A stretch of 64,000 nt of DNA. Origin: an uncultured Bacteroidota bacterium. Lineage in GTDB: Bacteria; Bacteroidota; Ignavibacteria; UBA10030; UBA6906. Both the position numbers and the translations under genes were made by a program. Shown here in pieces: positions 1 through 10,228 of the stretch; within the stretch, counting starts at the first letter, position 1, and every line of letters begins with the position of its first letter. Below the pieces are notes generated by a model. It saw only the letters and a list, made by a program, of their open reading frames with translations. It did not search any database and was not told the DNA's origin. The stretch covers positions 1,664,001 through 1,728,000 of the forward strand of contig CAVOYH010000003.1 in the NCBI GenBank assembly GCA_963700635.1. Reading direction: 5' to 3'.

Positions 1-1
1 C

Positions 2-550
2 TCAGAAGGGATGATTCAGGAATGCCGTCGGAAACAGAAGACGGCACCGGACCACAGGGCGGAGTTCCTCTGCCAGGATATCCGGACCGTCAACCTCCCG
101 GTCAGGGTCGGGCTTATTACATCACTCTTCGATGTCTTGAACCACCTGCCGGATCTTCCCGACCTGCGAACCTGCCTGCTGTCATTTCACACAACTCTTC
201 TTCCCCACGGACTTCTCGTCTTTGACGTCAACAATGTTCTCTGCTATCAACGATTGTGGACACGCGGTGAACGGATCAATCATCCACAATTCGTCCTCGT
301 CCTTCGCAACCGCTATGAAGAGAAGACACGAACGGCGACCGCCGAAGTTTCGCTGACGCTCCGGAACCGGCCGTCCGGCGGACCCCTCACCGAAACGGTC
401 ACCGAACGATGCTATTCACCCGATGAGATCTCCGGCCTGCTGGAAGAAACAGGTTTCGACGTGCTCGTGTCGGAGGACTTTGCGTTCGGGACTGCGCCGG
501 AATTCGGAAAACTCAAGACCTGGTGGGTTGCACGGAAACGCGGAACGTGA
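2..550 (+). CDS. Class I SAM-dependent methyltransferase (5'-truncated by window edge)
   Basis: Frame open from window start; C-terminal half typical of Methyltransf_25-like proteins (QDIR..L, FDVLNHL, L.PHGLLVFDVN, ERCYSPDEI..LL..TGF). Confidence 0.75.
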   Translation, partial: SEGMIQECRRKQKTAPDHRAEFLCQDIRTVNLPVRVGLITSLFDVLNHLPDLPDLRTCLLSFHTTLLPHGLLVFDVNNVLCYQRLWTRGERINHPQFVLVLRNRYEEKTRTATAEVSLTLRNRPSGGPLTETVTERCYSPDEISGLLEETGFDVLVSEDFAFGTAPEFGKLKTWWVARKRGT

Positions 551-551
551 T

Positions 552-3500
552 TCAGGCATACCCCTCATAGCGCAGCGTCTGTGCGGCACCGCGAACAAAA
601 CCAGCCTCCTGCAGAATTGAAGCGAGTGGATCAAGCATCGGCTTCGTTCCGTTGCACGCTTCTACATCAATCCGTTGAAAAGGACGGAGCGTTTCCGGGA
701 GACGGGTGAGCTCGATCAGTCGCTGCAGTGCCTCCTTCAGGACGGCAGCCGGGGCTGCCGGCGATGACCAGAGGCGGGACCCATGGAGTTCGGCGAGAAG
801 GACCAGTTCTCCTCCCGCAATTGCCAGATAGCTGGAGGCGGATCGGGAAGAGCGGGAGGTGCCGAATGGCATCTCTGTGCCAGGCCCGAAGGGGTTCGCA
901 GGGTCACTGGCGTTGATGAGAACGACTTCCCCCGGCAGAGGCCCGGCGCTCCGGTGATGCCGTAGCCGTTCGACGGCCTCGGGGAGTGCATATTGCATGC
1001 CTGAGAGCCCCTGCACAAAGTACCCCCGTCGCACTTCCCCCCTGAGTTCCCGCATCTGGAGTTCTGCTGAGAGGATGGACCATGGGAGCAGTTCTTCCCG
1101 GCGAACGAATTCCCGTGCAAGGATACCATAGCGTCGCAGCAGTGTGTCGACCTGGAGAGCGGCACATTCTTCCACCGGTCGTTCTTCCCCCATCACTCCT
1201 GGATGACGGAGCAGCGACCATCGTCCCTCCCAGCCCGGGACGGCTTTGATCGCCTTTCGTGCAGCGGCCACGGCGGGACTGAACCGGCGGCGTGAGCGGG
1301 GACCGATCACCGTCACCGGCTCCAGCGGCACGTCACTCCCAGGCCGGAGAGCGCGCTTGAGGCGGAAGAGCTCCGGGGCTGAATCATTGGTTACGAGGCC
1401 GGTCCAGAATAGTTCTGCAAGCGCCCCGTTGAGAGCGGAGAGAGAGAGGCGAGTCGATGCCCTGATGTCTGCAAGGAATGATGCCCCGTACTGCCGCACG
1501 TAGTCCATCACCCGCCTGGCCGGTTCGCTGAGCTCCGTCTGCTCCTCTTCCCCGAGGTACACTCCGCCTTCCCCTCTGCGAAAACAACGTATGCGTCCCG
1601 GTCCGGATCCGCACCACACCCATGACGATGGAATATCCCACTGACCGGAGCTCTCAGTGCGTCCATTCCCTGACCGGCGGGGGAAGATCTCCCGTTGCCA
1701 GACCTCGGCGGGCAAAACGAGTCCCGTGAGCTGGTCCAGGACTGTTTCCCTGTCCACGGGATGCCGCCCCGTGCCTGTACCATCCACATGATGCCATGTG
1801 AGAAGAAAGGAGGTAAATTCGGGGAGGGAGCAGGGTTGGATCTCCTTGCGCAGTATCGTGATTGTCTGCCGGTGGATGCGTTCGAGCGTGGGACGGAAGC
1901 ACCACTGTGGTTGATCCGATCCCGGGATTTCGGGAGGGCGGAACCTGCCGGCTGCCATGTGCGGGTCGTCCTTCCAGTGGTTCGTCATGGAGAGGACATC
2001 ATCGGTCCGCAGTGCATACCGGTCTGCCAGTTCACGCGCCGTCACCGGTCCGTGATGCTCCACGAAGCGCCTGAGCACCCGGTCTACGGCGGGTTCGGCA
2101 GGCAACCGGCCATACACATCGCGGTCTTCTCCGGCGATCCATCGCTGGGTGCCGCCGACAGTGACACGGACTGCGCGCGAAGTCCGTTCCAGCTCCTGTG
2201 TCATGGCGGGAGCATCGCCTGTGACCCGTTCGGCGATTTCCTCTTCGCTGAGGTCACCGATCCTGATCAGCAGCTCCATGAGTTCTTCCGGTGTCCGGGC
2301 CCGGTAGCCATGGGCGGTATGCTGGAGACTCTGTTCGACGGTATCGATGGCGTCTGCCTTCAGGAGCGAGGAGATCGTCGTGATGTCGACCACCTCGGCA
2401 AGGAGATCACGATTGACCGGAAGGAACTGGCTGAGGCGGTCAGCCCGGGGCTGGTCCCATTCGTACATGTAGACTGCAATGAAGTCGAACAGCAGGCTGG
2501 CGGCGAACGGGGAGGGTATTTCGGTCTGAACGGTCTCTACCCGGATTGACCCGCGGGCGATTCCCTGGAGAATCTCGACGGCATGCGGCAGATCCAGCAC
2601 GTCGTTGAGCACTTCGCGGAGGGTCTCGATGACGATGGGGAAGTCTTCAAAGCTTCGCACCACCTGCAGGAGGTCGGCGGCCCGCAACCGCTGGAGCCAG
2701 AGGGGAGTCCGTTTCCCGGGCATGGTCCGGGGGAGGAGCAAGGCCCTCCCGGCGTTCTGTCGGAACTGGCCGCCGTACACCGGCGTCTGAAGAATGTCAT
2801 CGAGCAGCGTCTGCCGTGCGGCTTCAGGGTCAAGTCCATCGAAAATATCCAGCGGGATTTCTTCGGCATCATTGCACCGGAGCATAACACCATTGTCGTT
2901 GTACAGCATCTGCGGTTCCATCCCCGTGCGTTCCGCGACCAGGCGGGCACAAAGGAGCCCGAGCAGCCCGTTGACCCTTCGGCCATAGCAGGAGTGCAGG
3001 ATGAGCCTGGGATCACCAACCTCGTCACGAAAGGCCTCGAGGAGAAGGCACCGGTCGGTGGGGATACGGCCGGTGGATTCATGCTGGCGCCGGAAATACT
3101 CGAGCGTATTCCATGCCCCGTTGTGGTCGACCGGAAATTCCTGCTGGAGCCACCTCAGGGCCTCTCCCCCCGGGAGTTTCTCTTCAAGTTCTCTCCGGAA
3201 ATCGCCGATGCGCTGACCGAGCTCATAGCTCCTTCCGATGCCTTCCCCCCGCCAGAACGGCATCCGCGCGGGCTGTCCCGGTGCGGGGGTGACGGTGATG
3301 CGGTTTGCGTCGATGCCGACCATACGCCAGACATTGGATCCGAGCAGGAAGGTATCGCCTGTTCTGCTTTCATAGACAAACTCCTCGTCGACTTCTCCCA
3401 CCTTTGTTCTACCATCTTCGAGATAGACCCCGAAATACCCCCTGTCGGCGATAGTCCCCCCGCCGGTGATTGCCGTGTGTGATGTGCCAGGAAGGGCATG

Positions 3501-5105
3501 GATCGTCCGGTGCACGCGATCGAGGGAAATCCGTGCCCGCAGATCACGGAACGCGGGGTGGGAGTACCTGCCTGCCAGCATCTCGATGACCCGATCGAAC
3601 AACGACTGCGAAAGATTGCGATAGCAATACGATCTGCGCACGACGGAAAAAAGACGGTCCAACGGCCACGGTTCCACTGACGCCATTGCCGTAATCTGCT
3701 GGGCGAGAACGTCGAGGCAGTTCTCTGGAATGATCGTCTCCTCGACGTCATGGTCGTGCATTGCGCGAGCGACGACGAGTGACTCGACAAGGTCTTCCCG
3801 GTGGGTTGCTATCAGTCGCCCTTTGCTTGCGGCATCGACAAGATGTCCCGAACGCCCCACTCGCTGGAGGCCCCGGGCGATCCCTTTGGGAGACTGGAGC
3901 TGGATGACGAGGTCTACGGAGCCGATGTCGATTCCCAGTTCAAGGGCAGACGTTGCCACGAGGACCTTCAGTCTCCCTTCCTTGAGGTCGGTTTCCATGT
4001 CTTCCCGGGCGTCACGGGACATACTGCCGTGATATGCCTGAACGAGGGGGCCGTCCCACGCGGGCTCCCCGGTGTCTGTCGCACTTTCTCCGGGTGCTGT
4101 TCCTCCTTCAGGGATGCTCCAGTCCGTCCGGGTGGGAACGGTATACAGTTGAAATGTGGGAGCCGGAGCGTCGGCAATCAGTTCATTCAGTTTCGCCGCC
4201 ACTCTCTCGGCGAGACGCCGGTTGTTGACGAAGACCAGGGTCGTCCGGTGTTTCCGTATCGCAGCCAGCATCTCGTCGAATACCAACGGCCATACGCTGT
4301 CCTGCGGGAGAAGCGAGAAATCCTCTGCAGGGCACACGACCTGGAGGTTCATCTGTTTCTTGCCGCCTGCATCGACGATGGCCACGTGACGGGGGATGGG
4401 CGGTTCATCCGGACGTCCATCCTTCCTGGACACTCCCCCCAGGAAGCCCGCAATCCGCTCGAGTGGCTTCTGTGTTGCGGACAGCCCGATTCTGACGAAC
4501 TCCTGGTCTGCGATTTCCTGCAGGCGTTCAAGCGAGAGGGAGAGGTGGACGCCCCGTTTGTTGCCGCAGACGGCATGGATTTCGTCGACGATAACATACT
4601 GGACAGTCGTGAAGATCGTGCGGGCTTTCTGGCCCGTCAGCATCAGGTAGAGAGATTCGGGTGTTGTGATCAGAATGTCGGGTGGACGGGTGATCATGGC
4701 CCTGCGTTGCGCGGCAGAGGTGTCGCCGGTTCTTACACCCGTGTGGATGTGGGGGAGGGAAATCCGGGCCATCTCTGCTTCCGCGCGGATGCCTGCCAGG
4801 GGACCCGCCAGATTGCGTGCAATGTCGTTGTTGAGCGCTTTGAGCGGGGAGACATACACAATCCGCACGCCGGGCGCCAGCTCCTCCTGCAGATGTTGTT
4901 CAACCAGGTGATTGATAGCCCAGAGGAAGGCAGCCAGCGTTTTGCCCGATCCGGTAGGGGCCAGGATCAGCGTGTTCCGGCCCGACGCGATGCTCGGCCA
5001 CCCCAGCCGCTGCGGCGGGCTGGGAGTTCCAAATGTGGCTCGGAACCAGGCCGCAACGACCGGATGGAAATCCGCAAGAATATCAGCGCTGTCGGTTGCG
5101 ACCAT
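552..5105 (-). CDS. lhr: Lhr family ATP-dependent SF2 helicase, full length with C-terminal winged-helix/AlkZ-like region
   Basis: APTGSGKT, YVSPLKALNNDI, DEIH, SAT, ATSALELGIDIG, QRVGRSGH; C-terminal RGEVRRGYFV..LSG.QYA; 1517 aa. Confidence 0.93.
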   Translation of the reverse strand: MVATDSADILADFHPVVAAWFRATFGTPSPPQRLGWPSIASGRNTLILAPTGSGKTLAAFLWAINHLVEQHLQEELAPGVRIVYVSPLKALNNDIARNLAGPLAGIRAEAEMARISLPHIHTGVRTGDTSAAQRRAMITRPPDILITTPESLYLMLTGQKARTIFTTVQYVIVDEIHAVCGNKRGVHLSLSLERLQEIADQEFVRIGLSATQKPLERIAGFLGGVSRKDGRPDEPPIPRHVAIVDAGGKKQMNLQVVCPAEDFSLLPQDSVWPLVFDEMLAAIRKHRTTLVFVNNRRLAERVAAKLNELIADAPAPTFQLYTVPTRTDWSIPEGGTAPGESATDTGEPAWDGPLVQAYHGSMSRDAREDMETDLKEGRLKVLVATSALELGIDIGSVDLVIQLQSPKGIARGLQRVGRSGHLVDAASKGRLIATHREDLVESLVVARAMHDHDVEETIIPENCLDVLAQQITAMASVEPWPLDRLFSVVRRSYCYRNLSQSLFDRVIEMLAGRYSHPAFRDLRARISLDRVHRTIHALPGTSHTAITGGGTIADRGYFGVYLEDGRTKVGEVDEEFVYESRTGDTFLLGSNVWRMVGIDANRITVTPAPGQPARMPFWRGEGIGRSYELGQRIGDFRRELEEKLPGGEALRWLQQEFPVDHNGAWNTLEYFRRQHESTGRIPTDRCLLLEAFRDEVGDPRLILHSCYGRRVNGLLGLLCARLVAERTGMEPQMLYNDNGVMLRCNDAEEIPLDIFDGLDPEAARQTLLDDILQTPVYGGQFRQNAGRALLLPRTMPGKRTPLWLQRLRAADLLQVVRSFEDFPIVIETLREVLNDVLDLPHAVEILQGIARGSIRVETVQTEIPSPFAASLLFDFIAVYMYEWDQPRADRLSQFLPVNRDLLAEVVDITTISSLLKADAIDTVEQSLQHTAHGYRARTPEELMELLIRIGDLSEEEIAERVTGDAPAMTQELERTSRAVRVTVGGTQRWIAGEDRDVYGRLPAEPAVDRVLRRFVEHHGPVTARELADRYALRTDDVLSMTNHWKDDPHMAAGRFRPPEIPGSDQPQWCFRPTLERIHRQTITILRKEIQPCSLPEFTSFLLTWHHVDGTGTGRHPVDRETVLDQLTGLVLPAEVWQREIFPRRSGNGRTESSGQWDIPSSWVWCGSGPGRIRCFRRGEGGVYLGEEEQTELSEPARRVMDYVRQYGASFLADIRASTRLSLSALNGALAELFWTGLVTNDSAPELFRLKRALRPGSDVPLEPVTVIGPRSRRRFSPAVAAARKAIKAVPGWEGRWSLLRHPGVMGEERPVEECAALQVDTLLRRYGILAREFVRREELLPWSILSAELQMRELRGEVRRGYFVQGLSGMQYALPEAVERLRHHRSAGPLPGEVVLINASDPANPFGPGTEMPFGTSRSSRSASSYLAIAGGELVLLAELHGSRLWSSPAAPAAVLKEALQRLIELTRLPETLRPFQRIDVEACNGTKPMLDPLASILQEAGFVRGAAQTLRYEGYA

Positions 5106-5157
5106 ACAGAGAGATTCAGGTTGGACTATCTATGCCATGGATCCAGACGGTGACGGG

Positions 5158-5186
5158 AGTATACCGTAAAATCCGCCGAGTCGCAA
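5158..5186 (-). promoter_or_regulatory. Putative sigma70 promoter for lhr
   Basis: Minus strand TTGCGA-17 nt-TATACT, about 50 nt upstream of the start codon. Confidence 0.55.
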
Positions 5187-5205
5187 GTGCAGAAAACCTC
5201 AAATC

Positions 5206-5233
5206 GGCGCAACTCCGGGGGCTTTGTTGCGTA
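5206..5233 (+). promoter_or_regulatory. Putative ECF-sigma promoter for the adaptor/ABC permease operon
   Basis: GGCGCAAC-N16-CGTA; same GGCGCAAC...CGT motif recurs at 51441. Confidence 0.5.
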
Positions 5234-5283
5234 CAGAAGAGAGTATCCTACGGCCATCCTCAGGGTTCCACCAGGAGAAATCC

Positions 5284-6375
5284 ATGAAAAAGAAAATCGT
5301 CATCTCCATCGTTGGGGGTGCCGTTGTTGTCGTTGCCGGAGTCCTTCTCCTGCGCGGGTCCACTACCAATGCGGACCAGGCCAGGGGTACGGTCAAAGTG
5401 ACGCGCGACAATATCATCGACAAGGCACTGGCAGTAGGGACGATCGAGCCGGAGAACGAAGTCTCCGTGAAGTCCAAGGTCTCCGGGGTGGTGCGGAGAA
5501 TCCTCGCGGATGCGGGATCATATGTGAAGGCGGGACAACCGCTGCTCGAGGTGAAGCCGGATCCGACGCCGATAGAGCTCGCCGACGCGAAGAGGCAGCT
5601 CCAGATCCGGGAGGTCGAGATCAACAACCTGAACAAGGACAGCGTCCGCCAGGTCTCGATGGTCAGGAAGAACCTCATCTCGCAGAAGGAGTATGAAGAT
5701 TTCGAGCGCCGCTTCGAGGAAGCACAACTCCAGCTGAAGATCGCCCGCGAACGGCTCGCCCTGCTGGAGAGTGGCAGGGTAACAATCGGCAACACGGAAA
5801 TTGAATCCATGATCAAGGCGCCCATCGACGGCTATGTGCTCAGCAAGACTGTCGAGGTCGGGGATCCGGTGACACCGTTGACCTCCTACCAGGAAGGGAC
5901 AGTGCTTATGAAGATGGCGAATATGGACCGATTGCTGTTTAAAGGCACTGTGGACGAAATCGATGTCGGGAAACTCCGGGAAGGCATGGAAGTCGAACTG
6001 AAAGTCGGCGCCCTTCCGAACACGAAGATCGTCGGCTCTCTCATGAAGATTTCCCTGAAAGCAGAAAAAAGGGACAACGCGACGGTGTTTCCCATCGAAA
6101 TCTCCGTCCCGCGCACCAACAACGCAACGCTGCGGGCCGGGTACTCCGCGAATGCCAACATCATCATTCAGCGCAAAGACAGTGTCCTCGTCATTCCCGA
6201 ACGGGTCGTTACCTTCAGGAACGATTCCGCCTTCGTCACCGTTGCTCCCTCTCCCGGGAAGGAAGAAGAGCGCCGGATCATCACGGGGTTGAGCGATGCG
6301 ATAAAGGTCGAAGTGGTGGGGGGCCTGAATGAGGGTGATGAAGTCCTCGAAAAGCCTGTGAAGAAGATCGAATGA
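5284..6375 (+). CDS. MacA/HlyD-like periplasmic adaptor (efflux membrane fusion protein)
   Basis: N-terminal TM, G.IEP..EVSVKSKVSG, IKAPIDG, VDEIDVGKL..G, TGLSD...EVV.GL..GD; AGGAG RBS before ATG 5284. Confidence 0.9.
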   Translation: MKKKIVISIVGGAVVVVAGVLLLRGSTTNADQARGTVKVTRDNIIDKALAVGTIEPENEVSVKSKVSGVVRRILADAGSYVKAGQPLLEVKPDPTPIELADAKRQLQIREVEINNLNKDSVRQVSMVRKNLISQKEYEDFERRFEEAQLQLKIARERLALLESGRVTIGNTEIESMIKAPIDGYVLSKTVEVGDPVTPLTSYQEGTVLMKMANMDRLLFKGTVDEIDVGKLREGMEVELKVGALPNTKIVGSLMKISLKAEKRDNATVFPIEISVPRTNNATLRAGYSANANIIIQRKDSVLVIPERVVTFRNDSAFVTVAPSPGKEEERRIITGLSDAIKVEVVGGLNEGDEVLEKPVKKIE

Positions 6376-7607
6376 ACGGCGTGATGAACACGCTCGGAGA
6401 GTTCGTGCGTGACCTCCGGGCGCAGAAGCTCCGCACGGCGCTGACAATTTTCGGCATTGTCTGGGGGACCGTGGCGATCGTCGTGCTGCTGGCGTTCGGG
6501 ATGGGTTTCAAGCGGCAGCTGTCGGTGAACATGCACGGGATCGGCGAGAGTATTGCGATCATGTTCCCGGGCCGGACAACGAAGCCGTTCGAGGGCTTCG
6601 GGATCGGTCGGCCGATGAGTCTTGTCGAAGACGATGCCTCTCTGATCGCGCAACAGGTTGCGGATGTCGACCGGATCAGTCCCGAATACATGCGGTATGA
6701 CACGCCCGTCCGGGTGGGGGAGAACATCATCAACCCGGCCATCTCCGGCGTCATCCCCGTGTATGGCGACATGCGCAACATTATCGCCGAGCGAGGAGGG
6801 AGGTTTCTGAACGATCAGGATATTCGTGACCGAAAGCGGGTGGTTCTGATGGGCGATGAGGTAAAGCGCCTGCTCTTCGGTGAAACTGACCCGATAGGAC
6901 GGCTGGTCTACGTCGGCCAGGTGCCGTTCACGGTGATCGGCGTGATGCAGAAAAAGACCCAGAACTCGTCGTACAACCGGCGCGATCAGGATCGCATCTT
7001 CATCCCGTCGAGCACGTTTGCCTCGGTGTTCGGGGCGCATTCCGTCAGCAATCTGATCTTCACAAGCCGGGATCCGATGCGGTCCGAAGAGACCATTCAG
7101 CAGGTGCGGGAAGTCCTCGGTAGAAAGTACCGCTTCGATCCGACGGACAAAGACGCGATCTGGATCTGGGACACCGCCGAGTTCGATAAGTTCGTCGTGG
7201 TGTTCTTCCTCGCTTTCAACATCTTCATGGGGCTGATCGGCAGCTTCACCCTGGCGGTCGGCGGGATCGGTGTGGCCAATATCATGTACATTGTTGTGCA
7301 GGAGCGGACCCGGGAAATAGGTATCAAGAGAGCGGTGGGGGCCCGGCGGCGGGATATCCTGATCCAGTTTTTCAGTGAGACCATGTTCATTATCCTTCTC
7401 GGTTCTTCGGTAGGATTCCTGATTGCCATCGGCATCACCAGCGCAATGCAGAGCATTCCCATCAAGGAATTCATCGGGACACCCGTGATTTCGTTCGAAG
7501 TGGCGCTGGTCACCATGCTGGTGCTCGCTCTGGTGGGCCTGGCAGCCGGCCTGCTGCCTGCGCGCCGTGCTGCGAATCTGAATGTCGTTGACTGTCTCCG
7601 TACCTGA
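6372..7607 (+). CDS. MacB/FtsX-type ABC transporter permease
   Basis: KLRTALTIFGIVWG, GRFLN..D, GGIGVANIMY..V.ERTREIGIKRAVGA, PARRAA; ATGA overlap with adaptor. Confidence 0.92.
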   Translation: MNGVMNTLGEFVRDLRAQKLRTALTIFGIVWGTVAIVVLLAFGMGFKRQLSVNMHGIGESIAIMFPGRTTKPFEGFGIGRPMSLVEDDASLIAQQVADVDRISPEYMRYDTPVRVGENIINPAISGVIPVYGDMRNIIAERGGRFLNDQDIRDRKRVVLMGDEVKRLLFGETDPIGRLVYVGQVPFTVIGVMQKKTQNSSYNRRDQDRIFIPSSTFASVFGAHSVSNLIFTSRDPMRSEETIQQVREVLGRKYRFDPTDKDAIWIWDTAEFDKFVVVFFLAFNIFMGLIGSFTLAVGGIGVANIMYIVVQERTREIGIKRAVGARRRDILIQFFSETMFIILLGSSVGFLIAIGITSAMQSIPIKEFIGTPVISFEVALVTMLVLALVGLAAGLLPARRAANLNVVDCLRT

Positions 7608-7673
7608 TCATCGTAGTATCGTGCACAGACGATTCTGACACCACCCGTATCCCTATCCAGGACCCCGATTGCG

Positions 7674-8915
7674 ATGTGGCGCGAACTCATCACCGATTTT
7701 CTCCAGGACCTCAATGCGCAGAGAACCCGGGCGTTTCTGACGATCCTGGCAATTACATGGGGGACGGTGGCGGTCGTTCTGCTGCTCGCGTTCGGTGACG
7801 GACTGGGGACGCAGATGCACAACGGGCTGATCAATGCCGGCAACCAGATCATGATCCTGTACGGGGGTGAAACCGGGATGCAATATGAGGGGGTTCCCAA
7901 AGGGCGTCGTATCCGTCTGCACGAAGAAGATGCCGAGATGCTGCATGCGGCCATCCCGGCGATCGACATGGTGAGTCCTCAGTATCGGGCAACCGTTCGC
8001 CTGACGAATGGCAAGAAATCCTCCAACACGGAGTGCGAAGGCGTCAATCCGGCGTTCGAAGAGATGCGTCGCATGTTTCCCGCGGCCGGCGGACGCTTTC
8101 TGAACGAGGTGGACGTTGCCCGCCAGCGGCGGGTCCTAGTGCTGGGTACCGAGATCGCCAAGGAGTTGTTCGGAGAACAGGACCCGATCGGAAAGACACT
8201 TCTTCTGGAGCAGACGCCGTTCACCGTCATCGGCATCCTTCAGACAAAGATCCAGACCAGCATGAACAACGGGCCGGACACCCGGAGGGCCATTGTGCCC
8301 TACACCACCCTGCGCACGTTGTTCGGGCACGAGAGCGTGAACTCGATCGTTGTCCGGCCCGTCGACGCCGGGATGCAAGAAGTGGTAAAAAAAGAAATAT
8401 TCCGGGTGCTTGCACGGAAATATCATTTCGATCCGGCTGATGAACGTACGCTGTTCATCTGGGATTTCATCGAGAACGAGAAGATGAGCCGCCGCATCGG
8501 GGTGGGCGTATCCATCTTCCTCTTTGGTGTCGGGTTTCTGACACTCGTGATTGCCGGTGTGGGTGTTGCCAACGTCATGTACGTCGTGGTCAAAGAGCGG
8601 ACCCGTGAAATCGGGATCAAGTTGGCCGTCGGCGCACGGCGTGTCCATATTCTTTCCCAGTTCGTCTTCGAAGCACTCTTCATAGCGTTCATCGGCGGTA
8701 CCATCGGCATGCTGTTTTCGTGGGGAGTGGTCAGTGTGGTTCAAATGCTCCCCAGTGACGACGGCGCCATGCGCTTTCTCGGAAAGCCCATCCTCTCGCT
8801 CACGACGATGATGCTCACCGCTGGCATTCTCGCACTTATCGGACTTGCTGCAGGATTCTTCCCCGCCCGGCGTGCTGCGTCGGTCGATCCGGTGGAATCG
8901 CTCCGGTATGAGTAG
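7674..8915 (+). CDS. MacB/FtsX-type ABC transporter permease (paralog)
   Basis: Same motifs: GVGVANVMY..VKERTREIGIKLAVGA, PARRAASVDPVESLRYE. Confidence 0.92.
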   Translation: MWRELITDFLQDLNAQRTRAFLTILAITWGTVAVVLLLAFGDGLGTQMHNGLINAGNQIMILYGGETGMQYEGVPKGRRIRLHEEDAEMLHAAIPAIDMVSPQYRATVRLTNGKKSSNTECEGVNPAFEEMRRMFPAAGGRFLNEVDVARQRRVLVLGTEIAKELFGEQDPIGKTLLLEQTPFTVIGILQTKIQTSMNNGPDTRRAIVPYTTLRTLFGHESVNSIVVRPVDAGMQEVVKKEIFRVLARKYHFDPADERTLFIWDFIENEKMSRRIGVGVSIFLFGVGFLTLVIAGVGVANVMYVVVKERTREIGIKLAVGARRVHILSQFVFEALFIAFIGGTIGMLFSWGVVSVVQMLPSDDGAMRFLGKPILSLTTMMLTAGILALIGLAAGFFPARRAASVDPVESLRYE

Positions 8916-9155
8916 AGATACTACCCCCGGTTCTTGTTTCCCGCATCCAGTGTTCGTACCTTAAACGTCATATGCTGACGCTCCGTGCGTTCGGGAGTGC
9001 GGACCGTGTTACCGGCATGCCGGTTTTACGGACGAGGGCAGGCTTCGCCAGGCAGTGGAGGTGGACGGAGCGTTCTGGGATGTTGTTTGTATGGGAAATC
9101 TTCGAGAGGAATGGGTATGCACACAACAGGGATTATCCTCCGCTGGCAGAGCGTG

Positions 9156-9653
9156 ATGAAGGCTGCCTTCGGAACTGCTCTTCTGCTCATCTGCATTGCT
9201 GTGGCTCCGTTGACGGCACAGTCGACCGACGCTCCGGCAACCCCCGCTCGAGGAGGTGGCTTTGACCCGAGCCGGGATGCCGCGAAGGACATCGCCGACG
9301 CTCTCCAGGAAGCCGGACGGTCAGGACGGCGTGTGATGCTCGACGTCGGCGGGGAATGGTGCGTCTGGTGTCACCGCCTCGATACCCTCATCGTCCGCCA
9401 TGATTCGCTTTCGTCCTTTCTGCACCGGAACTATGTGGTCGTCAAGGTGAACTACAGCAAAGAAAACAAGAACGAGACGGTGCTGGCGAAGTATCCGAAA
9501 ATTCCCGGGTATCCCCACCTCTTCGTTCTTGACAGCAGGGGAACGCTCCTGCGGTCCCAGGACACGGGAGAGCTTGAGTCCGGGAAAGGGCACGATCCCG
9601 GGAAAGTAATGGCGTTTCTCCGGGCATGGGCGCCGCCGGGAGGGGAACAGTAG
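9156..9653 (+). CDS. Exported thioredoxin-family protein (WCVWC)
   Basis: Signal peptide ending PLTA-Q, DVGGEWCVWC, GYPH.FVLD; start uncertain (9111-9156). Confidence 0.8.
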   Translation: MKAAFGTALLLICIAVAPLTAQSTDAPATPARGGGFDPSRDAAKDIADALQEAGRSGRRVMLDVGGEWCVWCHRLDTLIVRHDSLSSFLHRNYVVVKVNYSKENKNETVLAKYPKIPGYPHLFVLDSRGTLLRSQDTGELESGKGHDPGKVMAFLRAWAPPGGEQ

Positions 9654-9721
9654 GGGTCCGCGTGTTGTTATAGAACCAGAAGAGTGTCAGTGTAGTCTGA
9701 AATCCATTCAATGAGGAACAC

Positions 9722-10201
9722 ATGAAGCCGGTCCAGATTCTTGTTGTCATGTTGCTTGCAATCGCATTTGTCGCATCGACCTCGTTTGCCGCTGATCCGG
9801 CACCGAACTTTGCATTGAAAACTGCAGACGGCAAGACCGTCGAACTGAAGAAACTCCAGGGAAAGGTCGTCGTGGTCAACTTCTGGGCAACATGGTGCGG
9901 GCCGTGCCGGCGGGAAATACCGGGCATGATGAAGGTGTACGACAAATACAAAGGCAAGGGACTGGAAATCGTGGGGATTGCGCTCGACCGGGACGGATGG
10001 AACGATGTGAAACCCTACCTCGAGAAGAGCCCGATCAGCTATCCCATAGTCATCGGCGAAAGGAAGCTCACCGAGCAGTACGGTGGCGTTGAAGCCATCC
10101 CGACGACATTTATCGTCGACCGCAAGGGAAATATTGTTGCCAAACACGTGGGGGCGATGTCGGAAGAGGACTTCGAGAAGGCGATCAAGGCCGCGCTGTA
10201 A
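9722..10201 (+). CDS. TlpA/ResA-family disulfide reductase
   Basis: Signal peptide, APNFAL, GKVVVVNFWATWCGPCRREIP, IPTTFIVDRKG. Confidence 0.92.
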   Translation: MKPVQILVVMLLAIAFVASTSFAADPAPNFALKTADGKTVELKKLQGKVVVVNFWATWCGPCRREIPGMMKVYDKYKGKGLEIVGIALDRDGWNDVKPYLEKSPISYPIVIGERKLTEQYGGVEAIPTTFIVDRKGNIVAKHVGAMSEEDFEKAIKAAL

Positions 10202-10228
10202 GCTTCACGCGCCACGGGGGAAGATTCG

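Noticed and set aside
1695-5153. Long + strand ORFs (284, 299, 450 aa) opposite lhr, and similar antisense ORFs opposite fadD, nuoD, lon, fusA, trxB and secA
   Set aside because: Shadow ORFs from GC-rich codon bias; no recognisable motifs and full overlap with well-supported genes.
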